In this document: piece by piece, positions 18,308 through 28,734 of the stretch | How positions within the stretch are numbered: position 1 is the first letter of the stretch | Layout of the letters: each line of letters starts with the position of its first letter | Source of the DNA: Candidatus Binatia bacterium | Lineage (GTDB): Bacteria > Desulfobacterota > Binatia > Bin18 | NCBI GenBank assembly: GCA_963666315.2 | Contig: CAXXHG010000006.1 | Coordinates: forward strand, 1-28,734 | Reading direction: 5' to 3' | DNA: 28,734 bases | Made by a program: the position numbers and the translations under genes | Notes under the pieces: generated by a model | What the model was told of the DNA's origin: nothing | The model's input: only the letters and a program-made list of their open reading frames with translations | Databases searched by the model: none

Positions 18308-18577
18308 GTGCGTTCTTTCACGCAGAGGAGCTTCTGGGACGCGTATCGGCGTCTACCGGACGAGGTGCAACGACGAGCCCGTGAATCCTACCGCTTCTTC
18401 ATGTCGGACCCCGGTCATCCGAGCTTGGACTTCAAGCGTGTGGGACAACGGCGGCCCGTGTACTCGGTGCGTGTCAGTATCGACTATCGCGCTCTTGGTG
18501 TCATGCACGAAGGTGACATTGTGTGGTTCTGGATAGGGCCGCACCACGAATACGACAAGCTCCTCAAGGGAACGTAG
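18308..18577 (+). CDS. RelE/ParE-superfamily toxin
   Basis: 89 aa, basic; FW..Y..LP..VQ..A, HPSL.FK, YSVRV...YRALG and WFWIG.H.EYDKL motifs. Confidence 0.82.
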   Translation: MRSFTQRSFWDAYRRLPDEVQRRARESYRFFMSDPGHPSLDFKRVGQRRPVYSVRVSIDYRALGVMHEGDIVWFWIGPHHEYDKLLKGT

Positions 18578-18615
18578 GCCTAGTCTTGTGGATGACCAAG
18601 CGTCGGATACTCGGC

Positions 18616-21554
<2,939 letters not shown>

Positions 21555-21568
<14 letters not shown>

Positions 21569-21863
21569 CGAACGGCGTGAAGCCATCTGCGCCCGCGTTG
21601 AGTACTGGGCGCAGCGATTGAACGTCCGGCCGCGCCTGGTGCGGGTTCAGCGCATGACGCGGAAATGGGGGTCTTGCTCGACATCGGGAATCATTACCCT
21701 TGCCACTGATCTAGCCAACCAGGAAGCGGGATTCCAGGACTTCGTCATTGCGCACGAATTGCTGCATCTGCGCGTTCCCAACCATGGGAAGCTTTTCAAG
21801 ACAGTGCTGACGGCGCATGTTCCCGATTGGAAAAAGCACGACGTACGCAGGCGTCGTACTTGA
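21555..21863 (+). CDS. Short YgjP/DUF45 (M48-like) HExxH metal-dependent hydrolase
   Basis: [19 protein letters not shown] and NHGKLF motifs; this family is often found downstream of hsdR. Confidence 0.85.
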
Positions 21864-21881
21864 ATTGCAGACTCTCCGTGC

Positions 21882-21900
21882 GCGACAAAAGGCCGCCTGA
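21882..21900 (+). repeat. Right direct repeat (copy of gor 3' end; attR-like)
   Basis: GCGACAAAAGGCCGCCTGA is 18/19 identical to 13093-13111; the difference is a synonymous GCG/GCC. Confidence 0.8.
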
Positions 21901-21929
21901 GGTGAGCGGATCGGAATGGGGTGGGGTGC

Positions 21930-22622
21930 TCAGGGCCAAATAATGCGGATTTCCTCGACCAACAGACCAACTGAATTCTTGAGGTCAATGAAGTTCGGCA
22001 CATCACCCTGAATCTGCTCGATTTGCATCTCGTCCGACTGCCAGCCTTTTTCAAACGCGGCCATGTCAGCCCAAGAAAGCTCAGCCACACCGTCGAAAGC
22101 GGGCGTCGCGGTGTCGTAGGTCTCGGGAGCGACGTGGCATTGGACGTAGCGCCTGAGCCCCGGCGTTCTGGGTACGATGGGGGCGTGGACGGTGCGCCAG
22201 TGCTCTTGAAACTCGGCAATGCTGAGCCCTGGTTTTCGTTTGAGCAGAAAGAGAGCCTTGACGCCCGGCGCGTCTTTGGCCAACTCGGGCCCCGGGACGA
22301 CAATATTTTCCCGCGTCATCAAAAACGACGGACCCTCGTCAGCAATGAAATTCGGCTCATCCGCGTAGGCCCCATTAATATAATCGGGGTTGTCTCCAAG
22401 TCCCCGGCCTGTTTCCAGGTCTTCAAACCAGATCTCGGCCAGACCTTCGTATGGACTGGTCGGGACTCTGGGGATGTCGTCTGGCATGCGATGGCTCTGC
22501 ACGTAGCGTCTCAGGGCTTTGATGCGGAGCGCCAGGGGAGCGTGAATATCGCGCCAGTGGCGATGAAACTGCTCGGGACTGATGTCCGGCTTCTTTGGTA
22601 TCAGCGCAAATCCTTTGATCAT
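21930..22622 (-). CDS. Tandem EthD-domain protein
   Basis: Two repeats of K.KP.iS.e.F..HW...HaP.......lrRYvQ.H......ydG.AE..f/w.D. Confidence 0.88.
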   Translation of the reverse strand: MIKGFALIPKKPDISPEQFHRHWRDIHAPLALRIKALRRYVQSHRMPDDIPRVPTSPYEGLAEIWFEDLETGRGLGDNPDYINGAYADEPNFIADEGPSFLMTRENIVVPGPELAKDAPGVKALFLLKRKPGLSIAEFQEHWRTVHAPIVPRTPGLRRYVQCHVAPETYDTATPAFDGVAELSWADMAAFEKGWQSDEMQIEQIQGDVPNFIDLKNSVGLLVEEIRIIWP

Positions 22623-22639
22623 TGGAATACTCCTGTAAG

Positions 22640-23023
22640 TTAATCTCCGGCTTTATACAGCGTTGGTTTCGGGGCTACTCCCGAAGGCAGATCGTGCACG
22701 GGGACAAAGCGTGAGGCCTCGATAGCCTGAAATCCGCTCGGATTGCCTTTGTATTTCTCTACGGCAAACGCCACTTCTGTCATGCTGAGGGTCAGGTTGA
22801 AGAGGTTTTGCTCTTTGGTTGGCATCGTATCCAAAGAGAATTGGTCCAGATAATCCAGGGCTGCTTCAAGGCGGGGCCGAACCGTGGCGTAAAATGCGCG
22901 TAGCGTTTCGGGTGTACTGGTGCGCCGTTTTTTGGTGCGTTCTCGTTCGGTCGCCAAGCACCAGCCGGCTTGGGCCAGCGGTTCCAGGTCGGCAAATTCT
23001 TGTGGTAAGAGTGGTTCGGCCAT
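22640..23023 (-). CDS. Hypothetical protein co-transcribed with the Rieske oxygenase
   Basis: Tightly spaced between the Rieske and EthD genes; helical sequence (LP..F.DLEP...W.L.TE.ER...R......LR.FY). Confidence 0.7.
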   Translation of the reverse strand: MAEPLLPQEFADLEPLAQAGWCLATERERTKKRRTSTPETLRAFYATVRPRLEAALDYLDQFSLDTMPTKEQNLFNLTLSMTEVAFAVEKYKGNPSGFQAIEASRFVPVHDLPSGVAPKPTLYKAGD

Positions 23024-23042
23024 TGTCAATTCTCATCGGGTC

Positions 23043-24347
23043 CTAATCGAACAGGGAGTCTCGCATACCATCGCGTCTGGCGCGAATCTCCTGCTCGACT
23101 GCCCAGTAGGAGTGCCGGACAAAGAGTTCTTCGTCTTGTAGGTAGATATGCTCAATCGCCCCGGTCTCCAGGGCATCCTGGGTCTGTTCATGTGTGGCGC
23201 CGTCTTCGAGCAGGGCGTCCCGCAGGAGAATTTTATTGTATTCCTGCCCGAAGCGCTCGCTGGGGGTCGCGGCGCTCGGCATGTGGATCTTGAGTTCCCA
23301 CAGGGATTCGTTCTCCGAGACGGGCCAGAACTGATGCGTATGCCATACGCCGGGCAGAATGAGGATATTGAGATTCGGAAAAATGTGGACAATATCAAAG
23401 CCCCAGTCGTCCGCGTTGGTGACGTTGATACCCTGACCGGTGGGAAGAACGAAATCGTTGTCTCTGGAGGTGATGGCGGCCGATTTGCCGAGTGCCAGTC
23501 CCTCAACATCTTTGGGCTGAAAATACTTATTGCCCGGCCAGTTGCCGACGCGGTGGCGGTCGTACAGGTCCAGTTCATAGGCATGACCGTAGGGGTTATC
23601 CGGGCGGGTAAAGATATCCGGCCAGGAATGACTGTGCAGATAGCGCACGTGATAGATTTCAGACTGTGCGTCCTGCATCAGTTTCCAATTCGCACGTTGA
23701 TAGGACTGATAATGAAATTGGAGCGGGACGCGTTGAAACGGAAAGTCCTGCATGCGTTGGCCGGCTTCTCCCAGGTACTCCTCTAATGTTTCGGTTGGAT
23801 GGGGGTCGAGATTGACGAAGATAAAGCCTTCCCACACGGCGGTATGCACTGGAATGAGGTTGGCTTGGCCCTCAAGATTCTCGTAAAAGCGTTCGCCGTC
23901 GGGCACGTTTGTGAGGGTGCCTGTGGCGTCATAGACCCAGCCATGAAACGTGCAGCTCAAATAGCACGAGCTTGAGCCTTTATGGTCCCAGACCAATTTG
24001 TTGCCCCGATGGCGGCAGACGTTGTAGAAACCCCGAATAATATTGTCTTTGCCCCGAATGAGGACAATGGAGGCCTTGGCAATAGCGATCTCATGCACGA
24101 AATAGTCGCCCGGGTTGGGAATGGCATCCACCGTTCCGACGTGCAGCCAACACTTTTTGTAAATATATTCGCGTTCAGCCTCAAACCACTGCTTGGAGAC
24201 CAGAGGTTCGATGGAGACCGGCCCGGTGCCGAGTTTTGGATATTTCTCGTGCCAGCGGTGTACGCCGGCATCGAAGTCTTTCTTCAACGAGATATTGATA
24301 CTCTCAGCCGGCTGGATAGGAAGTGCAGCATCCATGCGCGTACTCAT
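23043..24347 (-). CDS. Rieske non-heme iron oxygenase, alpha subunit
   Basis: Rieske CRHRG...CTFHGW; NWK, EIYHVRYLH and a distal ED for mononuclear iron; SD GAGGAG before ATG 24347. Confidence 0.93.
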   Translation of the reverse strand: MSTRMDAALPIQPAESINISLKKDFDAGVHRWHEKYPKLGTGPVSIEPLVSKQWFEAEREYIYKKCWLHVGTVDAIPNPGDYFVHEIAIAKASIVLIRGKDNIIRGFYNVCRHRGNKLVWDHKGSSSCYLSCTFHGWVYDATGTLTNVPDGERFYENLEGQANLIPVHTAVWEGFIFVNLDPHPTETLEEYLGEAGQRMQDFPFQRVPLQFHYQSYQRANWKLMQDAQSEIYHVRYLHSHSWPDIFTRPDNPYGHAYELDLYDRHRVGNWPGNKYFQPKDVEGLALGKSAAITSRDNDFVLPTGQGINVTNADDWGFDIVHIFPNLNILILPGVWHTHQFWPVSENESLWELKIHMPSAATPSERFGQEYNKILLRDALLEDGATHEQTQDALETGAIEHIYLQDEELFVRHSYWAVEQEIRARRDGMRDSLFD

Positions 24348-24425
24348 TCGACTCTCCTCATTTGCTGGGAACACGGCTTGAAAGATTAGCAGGTACCAAG
24401 ACGGAATCAATCAGCAGGCGCGCAT

Positions 24426-25589
24426 TTATTCAAACAAGCTTTCAAACCAGGGCAGAATAATTGTTTCGTTAATAGAGTAGGTATAGGCGTGGCCCCACTC
24501 AGGCAGCTCCGTCAAGGTCACTTCTTTGAACCCGTTCTCCATTAGCGTGGCGTGTGCCAAGCGAGCTGCCATCACGGGAAAAATAAAGTCCTGGCCTCCG
24601 TGGATAATCAGAAAAGGCAAGGTTTTGGCCTTTTGCATATCAAGCCAGGGAGGCAGGACCCCGGCGACAGGAGCAATCGCTCCAAAGAGATTAGGACGAC
24701 TGGCGCTTAGCGCATACGAGAACGTGCCACCGTCTGACAAACCGGTGACAAGAATCCGGTCGGGGTCGATGGCATAGGTAGCTCGTACAGTTGCAAGCAG
24801 TGCGGTAATGGACAAGACATCGCGCTCTGGTTTCTCAATGGCCCACGTTTGACGGTGCGATTTTGGGGCGAGGATAACATAGCCCTTGCTCTTTGCCGGT
24901 CGCAGCCAGGTGAGCAGATATTCGTCATTTGCTCCGCCGCCGCCGTGCAGGGCGATAATCAGAGGTAAGTGTTGTGCCGGGTCATAGTTCTCCGGCACAT
25001 AGAGCGAATACGCCCCATGATTGCTTGACGGTGGATAATGGGAAATACCGACCTGATGCTTCATCCGGGCGACGCTTTCTTCCAACGCAGGCAGGTTGAT
25101 GACCGTGTCCGGGAGAACCCAGTAGGGTTGGAGCGTCGGCGTATTCTGCCGGATGCTGTACAAAAGATAGCGCGCGCGGGTGAACGCTGAGCGGCTTTGC
25201 ATAAATGCCCCGATAAAACCGGACTGATCGCTCCGTACAAAAATACCATAGGTGGTATCTAGCAGGCCGACGGCCTTAACCCAGGTCTGATGAAAATCTT
25301 GCCGTTCCGGCGGTGGTTTCAGCGTGCTCAATTCCGACTGGAGGTGAATAAACAGATCTCCGATCGTCTGGCTGAGCTTGGCCTGGAGTTGAGTAAATTT
25401 TGCCGGGTGTAACTGTTCCTGTAGATTTTCAAATACTCGGAGGAAACGGAGCAACTGTTCTTCCTGCCGCGCAATGACTGAGCGGTAATCATCTTCTACC
25501 GGCTCTGCGGCTATGGGCAACGGAACGAATATGACGAAAGGGCAGACGAGCAGACAGCAGAGGAGGGCAGCCAGCCGAGTGTGAAGCAT
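24426..25589 (-). CDS. Exported alpha/beta hydrolase (phospholipase/carboxylesterase type) with N-terminal helical domain
   Basis: Signal-like N-terminus; SLYVPENY, IALHGGGG, nucleophile GLSDGG, IIHG.QD, WGH. Confidence 0.85.
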   Translation of the reverse strand: MLHTRLAALLCCLLVCPFVIFVPLPIAAEPVEDDYRSVIARQEEQLLRFLRVFENLQEQLHPAKFTQLQAKLSQTIGDLFIHLQSELSTLKPPPERQDFHQTWVKAVGLLDTTYGIFVRSDQSGFIGAFMQSRSAFTRARYLLYSIRQNTPTLQPYWVLPDTVINLPALEESVARMKHQVGISHYPPSSNHGAYSLYVPENYDPAQHLPLIIALHGGGGANDEYLLTWLRPAKSKGYVILAPKSHRQTWAIEKPERDVLSITALLATVRATYAIDPDRILVTGLSDGGTFSYALSASRPNLFGAIAPVAGVLPPWLDMQKAKTLPFLIIHGGQDFIFPVMAARLAHATLMENGFKEVTLTELPEWGHAYTYSINETIILPWFESLFE

Positions 25590-25627
25590 ATTCAGCTCCA
25601 GGAGCCTGCGGGGAGGTAACGCGACTC

Positions 25628-26080
25628 CTAATGCTTGGCTTTTTTCTTCTTTTTATTTTTTCGTTTGGCCGGGGTAAGGAGCGAGACATAGCTGATCCCG
25701 TCTCTGTTATCTGCCGTGACCGGCAGGTTGGCGGCTTTCCAGCCGGCATGGCCGGCTTCCATGAGGTGAACTTTTTTATAGCCCGCGGCGGTAAGTCGCT
25801 CGACCGCTTGCTTTGCCCGGGGGCCTTTCTCACAGCCGACAATCAGCGGGGTCTCTTTGGGACATACTTCGCCCATGACCAGATCAAAGCTTTCATTGTG
25901 AAAGACTTCATCCGTGGTTGGATGAAAGAAGACAATAGGGACGTTGATAACTTTCCCTGCTTGTCCTTTTGGATGGCCTTTGGCGAATTCAGCCACCGTT
26001 CGCACATCGACATAGGTAACGGCCGCGTCCGTCTTCAGAGATTCGTTGGCTTGCTCTGGGGTGAGAGTCTCGACGCTCAT
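25628..26080 (-). CDS. Rhodanese-like domain protein
   Basis: YVDVRT..EF..GH, INVP, active-site loop GCEKGPRA, and GY..V..M.AG..GW....LP. Confidence 0.9.
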   Translation of the reverse strand: MSVETLTPEQANESLKTDAAVTYVDVRTVAEFAKGHPKGQAGKVINVPIVFFHPTTDEVFHNESFDLVMGEVCPKETPLIVGCEKGPRAKQAVERLTAAGYKKVHLMEAGHAGWKAANLPVTADNRDGISYVSLLTPAKRKNKKKKKAKH

Positions 26081-26358
26081 GAGTGGCCTCCTGAGGCGGA
26101 TGGAAATTCCGGCGGATCAAACTCACGGACAAAAGGTGGAATAATCTGACACCGCTCCCGTTCAGCTGCTGGCGGCGTACGATTCATAGTGTAGAGAATC
26201 TCGCCATCGGTTTCTCCACCACGCGCTTCAACACTGACTTCTTCTATATGATGGTGTGCGTATTTCCCTGTTGGTGCCAAAGCAAAAATGCAATCTAAGA
26301 CTTTCCGGGCAGGTAAACGCCCGTGTTCCAGATGCACCAGGGTTTCTCGCTTTTTCAT
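26077..26358 (-). CDS. Hypothetical protein
   Basis: Purine-rich SD upstream and ATGA overlap with the rhodanese gene; no recognisable motif. Confidence 0.55.
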   Translation of the reverse strand: MKKRETLVHLEHGRLPARKVLDCIFALAPTGKYAHHHIEEVSVEARGGETDGEILYTMNRTPPAAERERCQIIPPFVREFDPPEFPSASGGHS

Positions 26359-26486
26359 ACCTTTTCCTTCCCTGCTAGTATGGTGTCTCGATACGTGAAA
26401 TCTCTATTATATCCCGAGAGTTTCGCTTGACAGGCTAACGGCATCAGGCATGGCGTGCAACAGCAATAAGGAGGGCTCATATTCCT

Positions 26487-27137
26487 ATGGAGGAAACCAG
26501 ACAAAAAGAACTCGTCAATGGTGAGGTATGGTACCAGCCCGGAGACGAAGTTCCGAATGTTCCGACCAAACTCTTTGCACTCCAAAACCTGTGCACCGAC
26601 TGTAAAATGTGTGAGGTGGTGTGCTCCCTGATCCACTCGCCAGAGGGTGAACTCAACCCGGTGTGGACGCGCATTAAAATCGACCACGCGCCCCAGGTCT
26701 CGCGCGTCTCAACAGACGGCTTTGGTTTTATGCCGGCCCTCTGTCACCACTGCGCCAATCCACCCCCGTGTGCCGAGGTCTGCCCGACGGATGCGTTTTA
26801 TTATGATCCCAAGACCCTGGCGGCGGTGATTGACCAGGACAAATGCATTCAGTGCATGGAATGCGTTCCCGGTTGTCCGTTTGACACTGTTTTTGTTGCG
26901 CCGACTGGTGAGCTGCTCAAATGTGACCTGTGCGGTGGGGACCCGGCTTGCGTAAAAGCCTGCTCAACGCGGCCCGAGATGCTCAACGCGGGCAAACAAT
27001 ACTCCCGACTGCCGGTTCTTTTTTATGAAGACAAGGCGGCCTTCGGTCAAATTCTACGCCAAAAGCCCGAAGCGAGAGATGAAGTTGGGATCATGCAGGC
27101 CATGTTGTCAAAAGGAAAAGTGAGTAGTGCGGCGTAA
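26487..27137 (+). CDS. 4Fe-4S polyferredoxin subunit (AOR-associated / DmsB-like)
   Basis: CTDCKMCEVVC, CHHCANPPPCAEVCP, CIQCMECVPGCP and KCDLCGGDPACVKAC motifs. Confidence 0.92.
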   Translation: MEETRQKELVNGEVWYQPGDEVPNVPTKLFALQNLCTDCKMCEVVCSLIHSPEGELNPVWTRIKIDHAPQVSRVSTDGFGFMPALCHHCANPPPCAEVCPTDAFYYDPKTLAAVIDQDKCIQCMECVPGCPFDTVFVAPTGELLKCDLCGGDPACVKACSTRPEMLNAGKQYSRLPVLFYEDKAAFGQILRQKPEARDEVGIMQAMLSKGKVSSAA

Positions 27138-27200
27138 GCCGAAGGGTGTTGTCGCAATTGGAGTGGAACACAGCGGACGGAAGACAAAGGAGTCAACAGC

Positions 27201-28734
27201 ATGGAAAGTGGCTTATTACGAGTCGATCTAACAACAGGGGAAATTAAACGCGAAATACTCCCGCATTCCATGTTTGAACGCTGGGTTGGCGGCTCGGGGA
27301 TTAACGATTGGCTTTTGTGGGAGCATTTTCTGAAGCATGACATCATGTGTGATGCGCGCAGCCCGGAAAATGTCCTTATCTTTGGTGTGGGTCCACTGGC
27401 CGGTGTCGGGTCGGGTATTGGGGTGAAAGGCCGGCTGACGTTCAAAAGCCCATGTTATGGGTCTTTCGGTGATTCGACCGGTGGCGGTAAATTTCCTTAC
27501 GTCGTGCGCTTTAGTGGCTACGACTATATTGTTGTCACCGGCAAAGCGCCCCGACCGGTGTATATTCATATTTGCAATGGAGAAGTGACCATCTGCGACG
27601 CGACGCATTTGTGGGGAAAGGATAGCTCCGAAACCCATGAAACCCTGAAAAAGGAATTAGGCGATTATCCGTCAGAAGCCTATACGCTCTCGATTGGTCA
27701 GGCGGGTGAAAACCAGGTTGGCATTGCTGGTGTGATTGCTGACGGCTGGCGCATTCATGCGCGCTGTGGTGGTGGCGGAGTTATGGGCTCAAAGAATCTC
27801 AAGGCCATTGTGACCCAAGGTACTCAGGGCATTAAAATTAATGACCCATCCAGTCTGCTCAAATGGTCGGATGGATTTCGCCAAACGCTCGACGCCAACG
27901 AAGCCGCCTATGGCTTTAAGCGCCGTGGCACCCTGGGTGCTGTCGAGATGTACCAAAAGATCGGCGGCAATTTTTGGCGTAATAACCAAGGGGCGATGTT
28001 TCGTGGTGAGGAAGTGCGCTCCGACAACTGGGTCAAGAAATATCATAAGTACTCGGAAGTCTGCTCCTCGGACTGTTATATTGCCTGCGATGGCCGTTAT
28101 AAGATCGAAGGGCACGAATCCGACGCAGCTCAAAAGTATGTCGGCGAGTCTTTTCGCCACCCGGAATATCTGACGACGGGGAGTAGCGCAGGCGCCCTGG
28201 ATGTCCGGGATTGGGCCGAGGTCGCCCACTGGGGCAAGATCACCAACGACTACGGCATCGATAATCAAGATTTGTCCTGCTCGATTAGTTTCCTCATGGA
28301 GCTCAAACAGCGTGAGATCATTTCCGATCGTGACGTGGAAGAACTCTTTGGCAGACCCCAAAGTCTGGAATGGGGCAAGATGGAAGACATCGAAGCCTTG
28401 GTTGAAGATGTCGTCTATCAGAAAAATACTTTTGGCTGGCTGTTCCGGGATGGGGCCTATCATGGCGCCCTGCGCTACTCGGAACAACAAGGCCAGAATT
28501 TCATGAAGTATGCCATATATGGCAAAGGCGGGGCGAGTTTCACCGAAGAGATGCGGCCTTTTCCCACCTGGATGAACAACATGGCCGTGGCCTCGCGCGG
28601 TGCCGACCACCTCAAAGGCATTGGCCTGATCGAGAAATTCCAACGCAGAGACTTGTCGAAGGCATATTTCAACGGCAGGACCGAAGCCGGAGATCCGACG
28701 ATTCCGGATCTCAAGGGCGCGAGTACGGCCCTCA
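27201..28734 (+). CDS. Aldehyde:ferredoxin oxidoreductase-family (tungstopterin) protein; truncated by window edge, absent from the ORF track
   Basis: Manual translation from ATG 27201 (SD AAGGAG): LLRVDLTTG, SPENVLIFGVGPLAG, KSP, SGYD..VVTGKA..PVY, IGQAGEN, VMGSKNLKAI, CSSDCYIAC, NDYGID, SRGADHL, all in one frame. Confidence 0.92.
   Translation, partial: MESGLLRVDLTTGEIKREILPHSMFERWVGGSGINDWLLWEHFLKHDIMCDARSPENVLIFGVGPLAGVGSGIGVKGRLTFKSPCYGSFGDSTGGGKFPYVVRFSGYDYIVVTGKAPRPVYIHICNGEVTICDATHLWGKDSSETHETLKKELGDYPSEAYTLSIGQAGENQVGIAGVIADGWRIHARCGGGGVMGSKNLKAIVTQGTQGIKINDPSSLLKWSDGFRQTLDANEAAYGFKRRGTLGAVEMYQKIGGNFWRNNQGAMFRGEEVRSDNWVKKYHKYSEVCSSDCYIACDGRYKIEGHESDAAQKYVGESFRHPEYLTTGSSAGALDVRDWAEVAHWGKITNDYGIDNQDLSCSISFLMELKQREIISDRDVEELFGRPQSLEWGKMEDIEALVEDVVYQKNTFGWLFRDGAYHGALRYSEQQGQNFMKYAIYGKGGASFTEEMRPFPTWMNNMAVASRGADHLKGIGLIEKFQRRDLSKAYFNGRTEAGDPTIPDLKGASTAL

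Noticed and set aside
27789-28643. 284-aa minus-strand ORF and other long antisense ORFs (e.g. 18880..19881, 7706..8461)
   Set aside because: They are shadows of well-supported genes on the opposite strand, with no motifs of their own.

Overview
Bacterial chromosomal segment, moderately GC-rich. About a dozen single-base indels, almost all in homopolymer runs, split otherwise intact genes and are most likely long-read assembly errors. The left part holds the 5' end of a class II (B12-dependent) ribonucleotide reductase with upstream NrdR box(es), a divergent DciA/DUF721 gene, two short C-terminal stubs of hydantoinase/oxoprolinase genes, and a 222-bp segment bounded by 17-bp inverted repeats directly upstream of a secreted FN3 protein with two tandem ~140-aa C-terminal domains. 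Next come a molybdenum-hydroxylase (CoxMSL-like) operon with two tandem large subunits, a cupin, a small Cys-rich lipoprotein and glutathione reductase (gor). The main finding is a ~8.8-kb defence cassette with no integrase, flanked by a 19-bp direct repeat of the gor 3' end. It carries a type I R-M system whose HsdM has an N-terminal XRE-type HTH and a palindromic operator over an apparently leaderless promoter. An ABC-ATPase/TOPRIM nuclease (OLD/PARIS-like) and a RelE/ParE-type toxin-antitoxin pair sit between hsdS and hsdR, and a short HExxH protein follows hsdR. The right part holds a Rieske oxygenase/unknown/EthD cluster, an esterase, a rhodanese and a divergent FeS + tungsten aldehyde:ferredoxin oxidoreductase-family operon that runs off the window. 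All calls come from reading motifs by eye; no database searches were run.
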